The notes under the pieces are model-generated. The model was not told the origin of the DNA. It searched no databases and saw only the letters and a list, made by a program, of their open reading frames with translations. From Candidatus Latescibacterota bacterium (GTDB lineage Bacteria > Latescibacterota > CBDEFO01): a stretch of DNA of 64,000 nucleotides. This document shows positions 55,070 through 64,000 of the stretch, one piece after another. Location: assembly GCA_965237525.1 (NCBI GenBank), contig CBDEFO010000003.1, positions 352,001 to 416,000 of the forward strand, written 5' to 3'. The position numbers were made by a program, and so were the translations under genes. How positions within the stretch are numbered: the first letter of the stretch is position 1; the number at the start of each line of letters is the position of its first letter.

Positions 55070-55681
55070 GTGGCTGTGCAATCGCCTGTATCAAACCAGA
55101 CTAGTCTGGTGGAGATCGCCCTCTACGGCAGGGGGGGTCAAGGCGTAAAGATGTCAGGGGATATTATATCTTACGCCCTGTTCGATGAGGGGAAGAAGCT
55201 CTACAGCCAGCCGAAGTACGGAAGCGATAGGATGGGAACGCCTGTGGGATATTCCATAAAGTTCGACAGGGAGGGGGCACAGCTGAACGATAGGAGCTGG
55301 ATCAAAAATCCGGGCTATCTGGTCGTGATGGATACGGTGATCTTCAGCAGTCAGGGGTTGGATCTTATAAGTTCCCTCAAGGAGGGCGGAATCCTCATAA
55401 TCAACAGCAAGAAAGACCCTCTAAAATTCAGCTTTTTGGGGCCGTTCAACATAGCTACAGTAGATGCAAGCGGCGTTGCCAAGGAGCTGGGTCTTATCAA
55501 GGGGAGCGTGCCTCTTCTGAGTCCCATAATGCCGGGGGCATTCTCGAAGGTAACGGGGATGGTGAGCATGGAGAGTCTGGAAAAATCTCTTGAGAAGGTC
55601 CTCACAAAAAGCGGTCTGACCCGGCGGCTGGATCAGAACATAGAGGCCCTAAGGAGAGGCTACGAAGAGGTAAGGCAGTAG
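55070..55681 (+). CDS. 2-oxoacid:acceptor oxidoreductase gamma subunit
   Basis: GRGGQG, YGSDRMGTP, ATVDA. Confidence 0.9.
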   Translation: MAVQSPVSNQTSLVEIALYGRGGQGVKMSGDIISYALFDEGKKLYSQPKYGSDRMGTPVGYSIKFDREGAQLNDRSWIKNPGYLVVMDTVIFSSQGLDLISSLKEGGILIINSKKDPLKFSFLGPFNIATVDASGVAKELGLIKGSVPLLSPIMPGAFSKVTGMVSMESLEKSLEKVLTKSGLTRRLDQNIEALRRGYEEVRQ

Positions 55682-55897
55682 ACAGCAAACAGGTGGTGGA
55701 TAGGGAGATTGCTCCGGGATGAATCTCCTCGCAATAGACGTTGCCTACTTTTGCCTTCGGTCATTTCGACTCGCCGATTGAATCTTTCGGGGAAGCCCAG
55801 AGCAAAGCGGAAGAGTCAGTGAAGCAATGTCCGAGACAGGCTATAGGGGGGAGAATACCCCGCCTACAGTCTACTTTATTCAGGGGGTATATAGATA

Positions 55898-57634
55898 GTG
55901 GCAGGAAATAGTGGGCCTGTGCGTTTTGCTTCTACACGGAGCAGCACCGAGATTTTGACGGGAAGTCAACGGTACGAAAGGCCGATATACGATTTTTATC
56001 TTAAGGACGCTCCGTGCCGTGAGGCGTGTCCCGCGGGACACGACATCGCCTGGGCTCTCTTTATGGTGGGTAAGGGAAGGTACGATCTGGCGTTTTCAAC
56101 GTTCAAGGAGGAGAGCCCGTTCCCGTCGGTGACGGGGAGGGTGTGCTATCATCCGTGTGAGAGTGAGTGTAACAGAGGAAGATACGATCAGCCTCTTGCT
56201 ATAAGCGCTTTAGAGCGGGTGTTTTCGGATTTAGGGGATAACGGGGAAGTTGAAAAGCCGGACACAAGATACAGCGAAAGGGTGGCGATCATAGGGAGCG
56301 GCCCGTCGGGTCTGACCTGTGCTTATCATCTAAGAAGGCTCGGTTATCCTGTTACGGTGTTCGAGGCTGATGCGGAGCCGGGCGGCGCTCTTTTAACGGG
56401 GATTCCGGATTACAGGCTCTCCAAGGATATTATCAGAGGGGAGATCGACAAGCTTTCAAGGATGGGTATTCGGTTTGAAGTGAAGACAAAGGTTGGCGAG
56501 GATGTCTCTTTTGAGCAGATTCGAAAGAATCATAAGGCGGTGTTCTTAGGTGTTGGACTCCCGAAGGGTCGAATGCTGAATACCCCCGGAGCGGATGGTG
56601 TCGATGTGATGACCGGCGTGGACTTCCTGTTCAAGGTAAATATGGAAGGCGGGGTAAAGATGGGCAAAAGGGTGATGGTGATAGGTGCAGGTGATGTGGC
56701 GATAGATGTTTCTCGTTCCGCTATAAGGTCGGGGGCTCGTGAGGTGACGATATGCTGTGTTGAGAAGTTGGAGGATATACCCGCCCATCCTGAGGAGGTG
56801 AAGGCTGCTATTAGTGAGGGGGTAAAGATAGAATCTTCTTTGGCTTCGACGCTTATTTCGCCGAACGGAGGCGGTCTGGTTGTGGACTTTGCCGGGGTAA
56901 GATCGTTCGGAAGGCAATCAGATGGGGATGTGAAGATCGACATAGATGAACATACAAAGAGGACTATCAGCACGGATCAGATCATCTGCGCAATCGCTCA
57001 GCAATCGGACCTTGGGTTCCTGCCCGGTGGATTGAACAGCAAGTCCCACATAGAGGTTGACATCTTCGGACGGACAAAGGAGGAGGGTGTATTCTCAGGT
57101 GGCGACGTGACGGGGACTTACAACGTGGTGAACGCCATAGGTTCGGGGAAAAGAGCTGCAATAGGGATAGATTGCTACTTGAGGGGACGGGATGTGGGCG
57201 GTCTTATGGAAAAGCTGAGGATAGGGGGACAAGGGGCAATTTCGATGAAGTCGTATATGGAGATCATAAAAGGCGAAGAGCCTCAAGTAAGGTCCCAAAA
57301 GATAATCCCGATCGAAGAGATCAATCTGGACTATTTTCCTGAAGAAGAAAAGACGCATCACAAAGAGCTCTCCTTAGGCGAAAGAAAAGAGAGTTTCAGA
57401 GAGGTCAACTTTGCGTTTACTCCCGAGGAAGCTCTGCGGGAAGCACTACGATGCTTCAACTGCGGTATGTGCAATATGTGCGGGAATTGCTACACTTTCT
57501 GTCCCGATTCTGCGGTCATACAAAAAGACGATTGGAGCTTTGAGATTGCCACGGATTACTGCAAGGGCTGCGGCGTATGCGTCCAGGAGTGTCCGAGGTC
57601 TGCTATGTCAATGGTACTAGAAGAGGAGATATAA
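55898..57634 (+). CDS. GltD-like FAD/NAD(P) oxidoreductase fused to a delta-type 2x[4Fe-4S] ferredoxin domain
   Basis: APC..ACP, GRVCYHPCE, GSGPSG, GAGDVA, GD; C-terminal C..C..C...CP and YCKGCGVC..ECP. Confidence 0.88.
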   Translation: MAGNSGPVRFASTRSSTEILTGSQRYERPIYDFYLKDAPCREACPAGHDIAWALFMVGKGRYDLAFSTFKEESPFPSVTGRVCYHPCESECNRGRYDQPLAISALERVFSDLGDNGEVEKPDTRYSERVAIIGSGPSGLTCAYHLRRLGYPVTVFEADAEPGGALLTGIPDYRLSKDIIRGEIDKLSRMGIRFEVKTKVGEDVSFEQIRKNHKAVFLGVGLPKGRMLNTPGADGVDVMTGVDFLFKVNMEGGVKMGKRVMVIGAGDVAIDVSRSAIRSGAREVTICCVEKLEDIPAHPEEVKAAISEGVKIESSLASTLISPNGGGLVVDFAGVRSFGRQSDGDVKIDIDEHTKRTISTDQIICAIAQQSDLGFLPGGLNSKSHIEVDIFGRTKEEGVFSGGDVTGTYNVVNAIGSGKRAAIGIDCYLRGRDVGGLMEKLRIGGQGAISMKSYMEIIKGEEPQVRSQKIIPIEEINLDYFPEEEKTHHKELSLGERKESFREVNFAFTPEEALREALRCFNCGMCNMCGNCYTFCPDSAVIQKDDWSFEIATDYCKGCGVCVQECPRSAMSMVLEEEI

Positions 57635-57813
57635 AGCAGTAGACAGCATTAACAAGTAGACAGCAAACAGTAGACAGTAGACAGGGTACTACCTGCTATC
57701 CCCATAGAAAGGCAGGAGAGGCAGACCCGTGTGTCTGCCCTAGGCAGTGAACAGGCCATCCCTTCCCCTCTGCCTACTGACTCTACAGTCTACTTGAATA
57801 AAGGAGATAGAAA

Positions 57814-58974
57814 TTGGATAGAAATGGAAAAGTTGAGCTGATGAACGGGGCTGAGGCGCTTTCCTGCGCTTATGAGCTTGCTGGCGTAAGGATAGCGTAC
57901 ACGTTCCCGATAACGCCTCAGACCGAGGTGTTAGAATACCTGTCCAAAAGCCAGAAGGTCAGGTGCATACAGGCGGATTCTGAGTACAACGTCCTGGCTG
58001 GGGCTGAAGGGGCTCTGTGGGCGGGTGAGAGGTGCGCCGTTTCGACATCGTCCCAGGGGCTGGTGCTTATGAGCGAGTTGATGTGGGAGACGGCGGGAAA
58101 CAGATTGCCTTTGGTTATGGGCGTGTTCAACAGGGCACTGAAGTGGCCTGCGTGGAATCTGCAAGCCCAACAGAACGACTCTCTATTTATGAGGGATACG
58201 GGCTGGCTTCAGTTCTATTGCGAGTCGGCTCAGGAGGTATTGGACTTCGTGCTGATGGCGTTCAGAGTCTCAGAGGAGGTCCTGCTCCCTTCTATGGTGG
58301 CGGGAGATGGGTTCTATGTATCGCATGAAAAGGAGGAGGTGCACGTTCCGGGTGAGGATGAAGTTAGAGAGTTTGTGGGAAAGCCGAATTTTGGCGACCT
58401 GCCGAGTTTTGAAAACCCGAGAATCTACGGCGGACTTCCGCCTTCTTCGACGTATTTCAGCCTATGCCGGAAGATGCACAGAGAGATGGAGTCGGCAGCC
58501 GATGCGTTCAGGAGTGCCGCAGATGAATTTGCGATTCGCTTCGGCCGGAAATACGAACCAATTGAGACTATAAAGATGGAGGATGCCGAGACGGTGATGG
58601 TAACAGCAGGAGCCATAAGCGGGACAGCAAGGCAGGTCGTGGAGGATAACGGAGCATACTTGGGGCTGTTGAAGATTCATAACTTCCGTCCCTTTCCCAA
58701 GGATGAGATTAGAAGGGCCTTAAATGGAGCTCGTAAGGTGGCTGTGTTCGACAGGAACATAGCTATGGGAATAGGAGGGATCTTCTCCTGGGAACTGAAG
58801 GCTGCTCTTTTCGATGTGGAAAAAAGACCTGTGATATATAATTTTGTGACGGGATTGGGGGGCACGGATGTGACACCTGAGATGGTAAATATGGCTCTGG
58901 ACTATATGGAAAGCACAGACCAACCGGAGGATGAATGTCTCTTCTTGACAGAGGAAGGCGTAAATTTACAATAG
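57814..58974 (+). CDS. 2-oxoacid:acceptor oxidoreductase alpha subunit
   Basis: FPITPQT, TSSQGL, DGF..SH, FRPFP, GLGG.D. Confidence 0.9.
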   Translation: MDRNGKVELMNGAEALSCAYELAGVRIAYTFPITPQTEVLEYLSKSQKVRCIQADSEYNVLAGAEGALWAGERCAVSTSSQGLVLMSELMWETAGNRLPLVMGVFNRALKWPAWNLQAQQNDSLFMRDTGWLQFYCESAQEVLDFVLMAFRVSEEVLLPSMVAGDGFYVSHEKEEVHVPGEDEVREFVGKPNFGDLPSFENPRIYGGLPPSSTYFSLCRKMHREMESAADAFRSAADEFAIRFGRKYEPIETIKMEDAETVMVTAGAISGTARQVVEDNGAYLGLLKIHNFRPFPKDEIRRALNGARKVAVFDRNIAMGIGGIFSWELKAALFDVEKRPVIYNFVTGLGGTDVTPEMVNMALDYMESTDQPEDECLFLTEEGVNLQ

Positions 58975-59001
58975 ATAAACTATCCCGATCGAGGTTTTAA
59001 T

Positions 59002-59904
59002 ATGGACGTAAATATAGATGAGAAGAGCAGTCTGCTCAATACACTGGGTATTCCCACGTTCGCCGAGGAGAGCCTAACTGCAGGGCACAACGCCTGTCCT
59101 GGGTGTGGTTCTACGATTGCCTTGAGAATGGTCTTAGATGCAATTGGGCCTAAAACTTACTATTTCGTTCCGGCGGGATGCGCCAGCCTATATTTTGGCC
59201 CTGACGACACAATAGCTTCATCGACGCCGATGATCCATACAGCGTTTGCGGCCTCGTTCGCTCAGGCTGAGGGCATGGCTCACGCTCTGGAACTCCAGGG
59301 AAGAACGGATGAGCACGTTGCGGTCTGGGCTGGCGATGGGGCTACGTACGACATCGGTATGGGGGGTCTTTCAGGCGTCGCGGCGAGGAACGGAAATGTG
59401 ATCGTAATCTGTGACGACAACGAGGGGTATCAAAATACCGGCGGGCACAGCAGTACGGCTACTTCTACGGGGGCCTTAACTAGATCTACACAGCCGAACT
59501 TTTCCCTTTCTCCACTGAAGAAGGATATCATAGAGGTTCTGGCGGCTCATAGGGTGCCGTATCTGGCAACTATCTGTGCTGCATACCCTGAGGATCTTAA
59601 AAGGAAGATCGAAAAAGCAAAGAGCATTTACGGCTTCAAGTTTCTTCTGCTTTTAACGTCGTGTGTGGCCTGGGGACACGAAAGTCAGGTTGCAGTGAAG
59701 CTGGTCAGGATGTCTGTGGAGACGGGGTTTTTTCCCCTGTATGAGATCGAGAACGGCAACAAATATAATATAACACATGAGCCTCAGTTCCTTCCTTTAG
59801 AGGAGTTTACGAAACTTCAAAGGAGGTTCTACGGAATAGACCTTGACCCTCTGAAGGAACAGGTAAAGCAAAAGTGGGATTATCTGAAGGCCAGAGTGGC
59901 CTAA
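59002..59904 (+). CDS. 2-oxoacid:acceptor oxidoreductase beta subunit (TPP-binding)
   Basis: ACPGCG, GDG..DIG, DNEGYQNTG. Confidence 0.92.
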   Translation: MDVNIDEKSSLLNTLGIPTFAEESLTAGHNACPGCGSTIALRMVLDAIGPKTYYFVPAGCASLYFGPDDTIASSTPMIHTAFAASFAQAEGMAHALELQGRTDEHVAVWAGDGATYDIGMGGLSGVAARNGNVIVICDDNEGYQNTGGHSSTATSTGALTRSTQPNFSLSPLKKDIIEVLAAHRVPYLATICAAYPEDLKRKIEKAKSIYGFKFLLLLTSCVAWGHESQVAVKLVRMSVETGFFPLYEIENGNKYNITHEPQFLPLEEFTKLQRRFYGIDLDPLKEQVKQKWDYLKARVA

Positions 59905-60018
59905 AGTAGTGGTCGCAGTGGTTCTCGGATTCCTCCTTGGACGACGAAAGCAATTGGACTAACTACGGTGACCAAGGTAGCCTTAGTCTTGTACTTCCCC
60001 TCTGAATAAGGAGCTAAA

Positions 60019-60171
60019 ATGGGCGACGATCTTCTTCATCTCTTTGCGGCTTACGCGGTAATATGGGTAGCTCTTGCGTCTTATATATTTACTCTTTCGA
60101 GGCGACAGAAGAGGATATGGAGAGAGATAGAGACTCTGAAGGAGTCTCTCAATAGGAATAACTCGGAGTAG
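60019..60171 (+). CDS. CcmD-like small membrane protein (50 aa)
   Basis: MGDDLLHLFAAYAVIWVALASYIFTLSRRQKRIWREIETLK...; SD AAGGAG; below the ORF-track cutoff. Confidence 0.7.
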   Translation: MGDDLLHLFAAYAVIWVALASYIFTLSRRQKRIWREIETLKESLNRNNSE

Positions 60172-60177
60172 CCCACG

Positions 60178-61317
60178 TTGCAGAATGATGAGGAATACGA
60201 CGCTGTATTGATAATCGCCGACAGCGAGCGGGACTCTGATCTTTACTACGCTACGGGATTTCTGGCTCCCGATCCTTTTATATTTATTCAAAGGAAAGAC
60301 CAGAAAATCCTGATTATGAGCGATCTGGAGATAGATAGGGCAAAGTCCGAGTCCAGAGCTGATCTGATATTTTCTTACTCCAAATATGAGAATATGCTTA
60401 AAAGGGCGGGCGTAGAGTCGCCCTTTTTTATTGATGTGCTGGATTCGGTTCTAAAGGAGATGGAGGTAGAGTCGCTGCTCGTTCCAGGGAACTTCGGGAT
60501 CGAATACGCAGATGGACTTAGAGGGATGGGCTATCAGATAGCTTTCCGGAAGCCTCCCTTCTTCTCTGAGAGGGAGGTAAAGTCGGAGGAAGAAATAGGG
60601 TACATAAAGGAGACGCTTAAGTCCGCCCAGAACGCTGTAGATGCAGCCATACGTACGATAGGGGATTCAAAGATCGGAGTCGACGATACTCTGTATCGTA
60701 ATGGGGAGCCGCTGACTTCGGAAGCTGTAAGGAAGATAATCAACGTGAAGTTGATGGAGGAGAATTGCATAGCGTCGGGTACGATAGTGGCGTCCGAAGA
60801 TCAGTGTTGCGATCCTCACAATCGGGGATCGGGATGCTTAAAGGCACATCAGACGATAATCATGGATATCTTTCCCAAGTCCGTTCGTACGGGCTACTAC
60901 GCGGATATCACAAGGACGGTCGTAAAAGGAGAAGCTTCTTCTGAGGTAAAAGGGATGTACGGCGCGGTGGCCAAGGCTCAAGAGATAGTGCTAAAGGAGA
61001 CAAAGGACGGAGCGGACGGTTCAAAGATACACTCTCTTGTGCTGAGATCCTTCGAGGAGGCAGGGTACAAGAGTGGCGAGATTGACGGCAGGATGCAGGG
61101 ATTCTTTCACGGGACAGGGCACGGCGTGGGGTTGGACATCCATGAGCCGCCCAGGATGAGCAAGACAGGCCAAGTACTCAAATCGGGGCATGTGGTGACT
61201 AATGAGCCGGGGCTTTACTATATCGGTATCGGGGGGATAAGGATAGAGGATTTAATGGTTGTAAGGCGTGACGGGTGCGAAAATCTGACAACCTATCCCA
61301 AGGAGCTTGAGGTTTAA
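60178..61317 (+). CDS. Xaa-Pro peptidase (M24)
   Basis: DIFP, ADITRT, HGTGHGVG..HE, EPGLY, RIED. Confidence 0.92.
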   Translation: MQNDEEYDAVLIIADSERDSDLYYATGFLAPDPFIFIQRKDQKILIMSDLEIDRAKSESRADLIFSYSKYENMLKRAGVESPFFIDVLDSVLKEMEVESLLVPGNFGIEYADGLRGMGYQIAFRKPPFFSEREVKSEEEIGYIKETLKSAQNAVDAAIRTIGDSKIGVDDTLYRNGEPLTSEAVRKIINVKLMEENCIASGTIVASEDQCCDPHNRGSGCLKAHQTIIMDIFPKSVRTGYYADITRTVVKGEASSEVKGMYGAVAKAQEIVLKETKDGADGSKIHSLVLRSFEEAGYKSGEIDGRMQGFFHGTGHGVGLDIHEPPRMSKTGQVLKSGHVVTNEPGLYYIGIGGIRIEDLMVVRRDGCENLTTYPKELEV

Positions 61318-61324
61318 TCTGGGT

Positions 61325-62074
61325 ATGAGGGCAATAATCATAGGAGCAGGAAGGGGCATAAGACTTATGCCTCTTACTGAAGAGCTCCCCAAGTGCCTGG
61401 CTTGTGTGGGGGATAAGCCTATGCTCGATTGGGGGATCGAAGCTTTTCGGGCTTCGAAAGTAGAGGAGATTGTATTTATAGGGGGATATCAGATAGATAA
61501 GATTCGAAAAGCTTATCCAGGGCTTAAGTTTTACCATAACAAGGACTGGGAAAACAACAATATCTTATCGTCTCTGTTCTGCGCTGAGCCGGAGATGGAT
61601 AGTCCCTTTATCTGCGCCTATTCGGATATACTATATGAAAAACCCATAGTAGAGAAGCTTATGGAGAGCAAAGCGGACATCACGTTAGCTGTGGACGTGG
61701 ATTGGCGCAAGCGCTACAGGAAGCGCACAGAACACCCTGAATCTGAGGCTGAGAAGGTCCTTATAGAAGAGGAAAGGGTAGTTGAGATAGGCAGGCACGT
61801 GGACTCGGATTTAGCGTACGGGGAATATATCGGTGCGGCCAAGTTCAGCAAAGACGGGGCTGACATGCTAAGGAGTCACTACAGACGGGTATTGAGGGAA
61901 TACAATGGGAGACCGTTTCAGTTCGCGCCTTCGGTCCAAAAGGCGTATTTGATAGATATGTTTCGGGAGTTGATCGCCAACGATGTCCAGGTGCATAAGA
62001 TCGATACAGTGGGCGGATATTTGGAGGTGGATACGACACAGGATTACAAGATAGCACTAAAGGAGTGGAGATAA
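61325..62074 (+). CDS. phosphocholine cytidylyltransferase-like nucleotidyltransferase
   Basis: GAGRG.RL, PKCL, NNI..SL, YSD, EVDT..D. Confidence 0.85.
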   Translation: MRAIIIGAGRGIRLMPLTEELPKCLACVGDKPMLDWGIEAFRASKVEEIVFIGGYQIDKIRKAYPGLKFYHNKDWENNNILSSLFCAEPEMDSPFICAYSDILYEKPIVEKLMESKADITLAVDVDWRKRYRKRTEHPESEAEKVLIEEERVVEIGRHVDSDLAYGEYIGAAKFSKDGADMLRSHYRRVLREYNGRPFQFAPSVQKAYLIDMFRELIANDVQVHKIDTVGGYLEVDTTQDYKIALKEWR

Positions 62075-62208
62075 CAAGTTGAGTAGACAGCGCATCACCC
62101 TCCCCCTCAACTGTCATTGCGAGCAAAGCGAAGCAATCTCGCAGACAGGGCATCTCTTGCCCTCTGTATGCCGTCTACTCAGATAGGTAACGAGCGGGGG
62201 AAGATACT

Positions 62209-63273
62209 ATGAACTTCGATGATATTCTTTTCCCCACGACAGTCGTTGGAAGTATGCCGAGGTCTCAGTTCGTCAAAGATCTCCTCGAGCCTGAGCACTA
62301 TAAGACACTTTCGAAGGACGAGTTCAAAAGGCAGGTGGACGCCTCGGTGGAGTATATCATCGCTATGCAGGAATCCGCTGGAATCGACATCATCTCCGAC
62401 GGTGAGTGGAGGAGGAGGTCTTACATAGGGGTGATAGCTGAGATTATGGACGGTTTTGAAAGGGAGCTAAATAATGGCGTTTACTGGCACACGGTCGTAG
62501 ATAAGATGACTCCGAAGCGTCCGGAGGTGATCGCGGAGGAGGTCAGATTTCTAAAGGAGCATACCGACCGCGGGACCAAGGTGTGCCTGCCTTCACCCTA
62601 TCTTTTAGGACAGAGAATGTGGGATCCCCAAAGATCGAGGGACGCTTACCCCAAAAGGGAGGATTTTACCGAGGCACTGATTCCGGTTTTGAGGAACGAA
62701 CTTATCGCCGTAAGGAACGCAGGAGCTACGGTGGCTCAGTTTGACGATCCGCATCTTTGTCTCTTTGTGGATGAGGGTATACGAAGGCGATATGATGATC
62801 CCCAGGGTGAGATGGAATATTGCGTAGATATGTTGAACAGGATCGTGGAAGGGGTTGAGAGGATAAAGATTTCGGTTCACCTTTGCAGGAGAAACAAAGG
62901 GCGCAGTGGCTGGGTTGGTGAGGGAGGCTATGAGCCGATTCTGCCGTATTTGAAGAAGCTGAAAGTGGATCAACTCCTTATGGAGTTCACGATCCCTGTG
63001 GCGGGCGATTTGAAGGTGCTTTCGGAATTGCCCGATGATGTGGAAGTAGGACTCGGGTGTGTGGATTGTCGGGGAGAGCACATAGATACGCCTGAGGAGA
63101 TAGTGAGCCGTGTGGAGAACGCTCTTGAGTATATAAAACCCCAGCGGATTACTTTAAATCCCGACTGCGGATTTGCCCCCGGCAGTGCCGCTGATATCCC
63201 TATCGATGAGGCTTATCAGAAACTGAAGAATGAGGCGAAAGCCGCAGAGATTTTGAGGGGCAAATACGCCTAA
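62209..63273 (+). CDS. cobalamin-independent methionine synthase II family protein
   Basis: VGSMPR, SDGEWRR, HLC, E, PDCGF Zn-site pattern. Confidence 0.9.
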   Translation: MNFDDILFPTTVVGSMPRSQFVKDLLEPEHYKTLSKDEFKRQVDASVEYIIAMQESAGIDIISDGEWRRRSYIGVIAEIMDGFERELNNGVYWHTVVDKMTPKRPEVIAEEVRFLKEHTDRGTKVCLPSPYLLGQRMWDPQRSRDAYPKREDFTEALIPVLRNELIAVRNAGATVAQFDDPHLCLFVDEGIRRRYDDPQGEMEYCVDMLNRIVEGVERIKISVHLCRRNKGRSGWVGEGGYEPILPYLKKLKVDQLLMEFTIPVAGDLKVLSELPDDVEVGLGCVDCRGEHIDTPEEIVSRVENALEYIKPQRITLNPDCGFAPGSAADIPIDEAYQKLKNEAKAAEILRGKYA

Positions 63274-63348
63274 CACAGTTACTCTTCCCGCCTGAACGAA
63301 CCGTAGGCAACCTCCAACATACCGATATCCGTCGGAAGATAGGATAAA

Positions 63349-64000
63349 ATGGAGAAAAGCTATTTCAAACTTTACATAAGGCTCGTAAAGGAATTCCTAC
63401 TTCCATATTGGAAGGCTATAGTCACAGCGCTTGTGTGTATGTTCTGTATATCGGGGCTGAACGTGATTCCGGCTCTGTCGGTAAAGTTTCTGATCGACGA
63501 TATTATTCCCGATAAGGATTTGACTTTGCTCGGTCTCCTTGCCGGGGCTCTTGTTGTAGCCTATACTTTGAGGGCTATCACCGAGTTCGGTCAGGATTAT
63601 CTAGCTCACAGGGTCGCCGAACTAGTGATGTTCGATCTGAGGGTGCAGGTATACGGACACATTCAAAAGCTTTCGTCTAATTTCTTCAGGAACAGGCGCA
63701 CAGGTGAGATCATGTCGAGGATAATCAACGACATCGATTCTCTAAGGGATATGTTAGCTCACAGCGGTGATGCCATTGTAACTCAGAGTTTGAATGTTTT
63801 AGTCGTGGCTGCGGTTCTTTTCACACTCCAATGGAAACTTGCGCTCTTTACGTTGATTCCAATTCCTCTCACTATCATTTTGGTCCTCTACTTTAATAAG
63901 GCTGTGCGTCAGGTGTACCAAAATGTGCGGGAAAAACTTGCGGACGTAAACGCAAGGCTTCTGGATAACTTATCGGGGATAGAGGTTATAAAGTCGTTTG
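63349..64000 (+). CDS. ABC exporter permease/ATPase (MsbA-like), runs off the window
   Basis: LRVQVYGHIQKLS..FF..RTGEIMSRI.ND transmembrane domain. Confidence 0.88.
   Translation, partial: MEKSYFKLYIRLVKEFLLPYWKAIVTALVCMFCISGLNVIPALSVKFLIDDIIPDKDLTLLGLLAGALVVAYTLRAITEFGQDYLAHRVAELVMFDLRVQVYGHIQKLSSNFFRNRRTGEIMSRIINDIDSLRDMLAHSGDAIVTQSLNVLVVAAVLFTLQWKLALFTLIPIPLTIILVLYFNKAVRQVYQNVREKLADVNARLLDNLSGIEVIKSF

Overview
Bacterial chromosomal window. A C-terminal 'NHPNPFNPET' FlgD-type sorting domain and DFDGD-x-V-x-x-DF dockerin-like repeats suggest an FCB-group, Latescibacterota-like organism (inference). (1) 1-19.1 kb is a visibly GC-richer, decaying pentose-phosphate/glycogen-use block (fbaB', tkt, tal-pgi, HAD', gnd-zwf', pgl, debranching enzyme', GH63 glucosidase, glucose dehydrogenase'). 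It is bracketed by ISL3, IS630 and IS1595 remnants and by an intact 1288-bp DDE element with perfect 21-bp inverted repeats that I cannot assign to a family. (2) 19.7-37.4 kb holds an internally deleted RND gene, purD (apparent ATT start), era split by an IS, purQ, a sigma54 two-component pair, an orphan phage-replication-like gene, an exported SOR-like protein lacking its Cys ligand beside a HAO remnant and a cupredoxin, an SDR, recD2, queG and a VOC gene. (3) 37.8-45.8 kb is a cluster of secreted PKD/cohesin/dockerin-like/FG-GAP proteins ending in an integrase remnant at tRNA-Thr(TGT). (4) 45.9-64 kb holds cysS, dedA, doxX-like, Gfo/Idh/MocA, XRE, ispDF, two more IS copies, a 2-oxoacid oxidoreductase operon with a GltD-type subunit, ccmD-like, M24 peptidase, LicC-like, MetE-II and an ABC exporter. 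Four nearly identical 1519-bp IS1182 copies target YTAA. Many intergenic spaces are filled with nested REP/MITE-like palindromes of several families. These supply stop codons, enter coding sequence and sit at deletion breakpoints. No CRISPR array or rRNA was seen. All calls come from reading the sequence; no searches were run.
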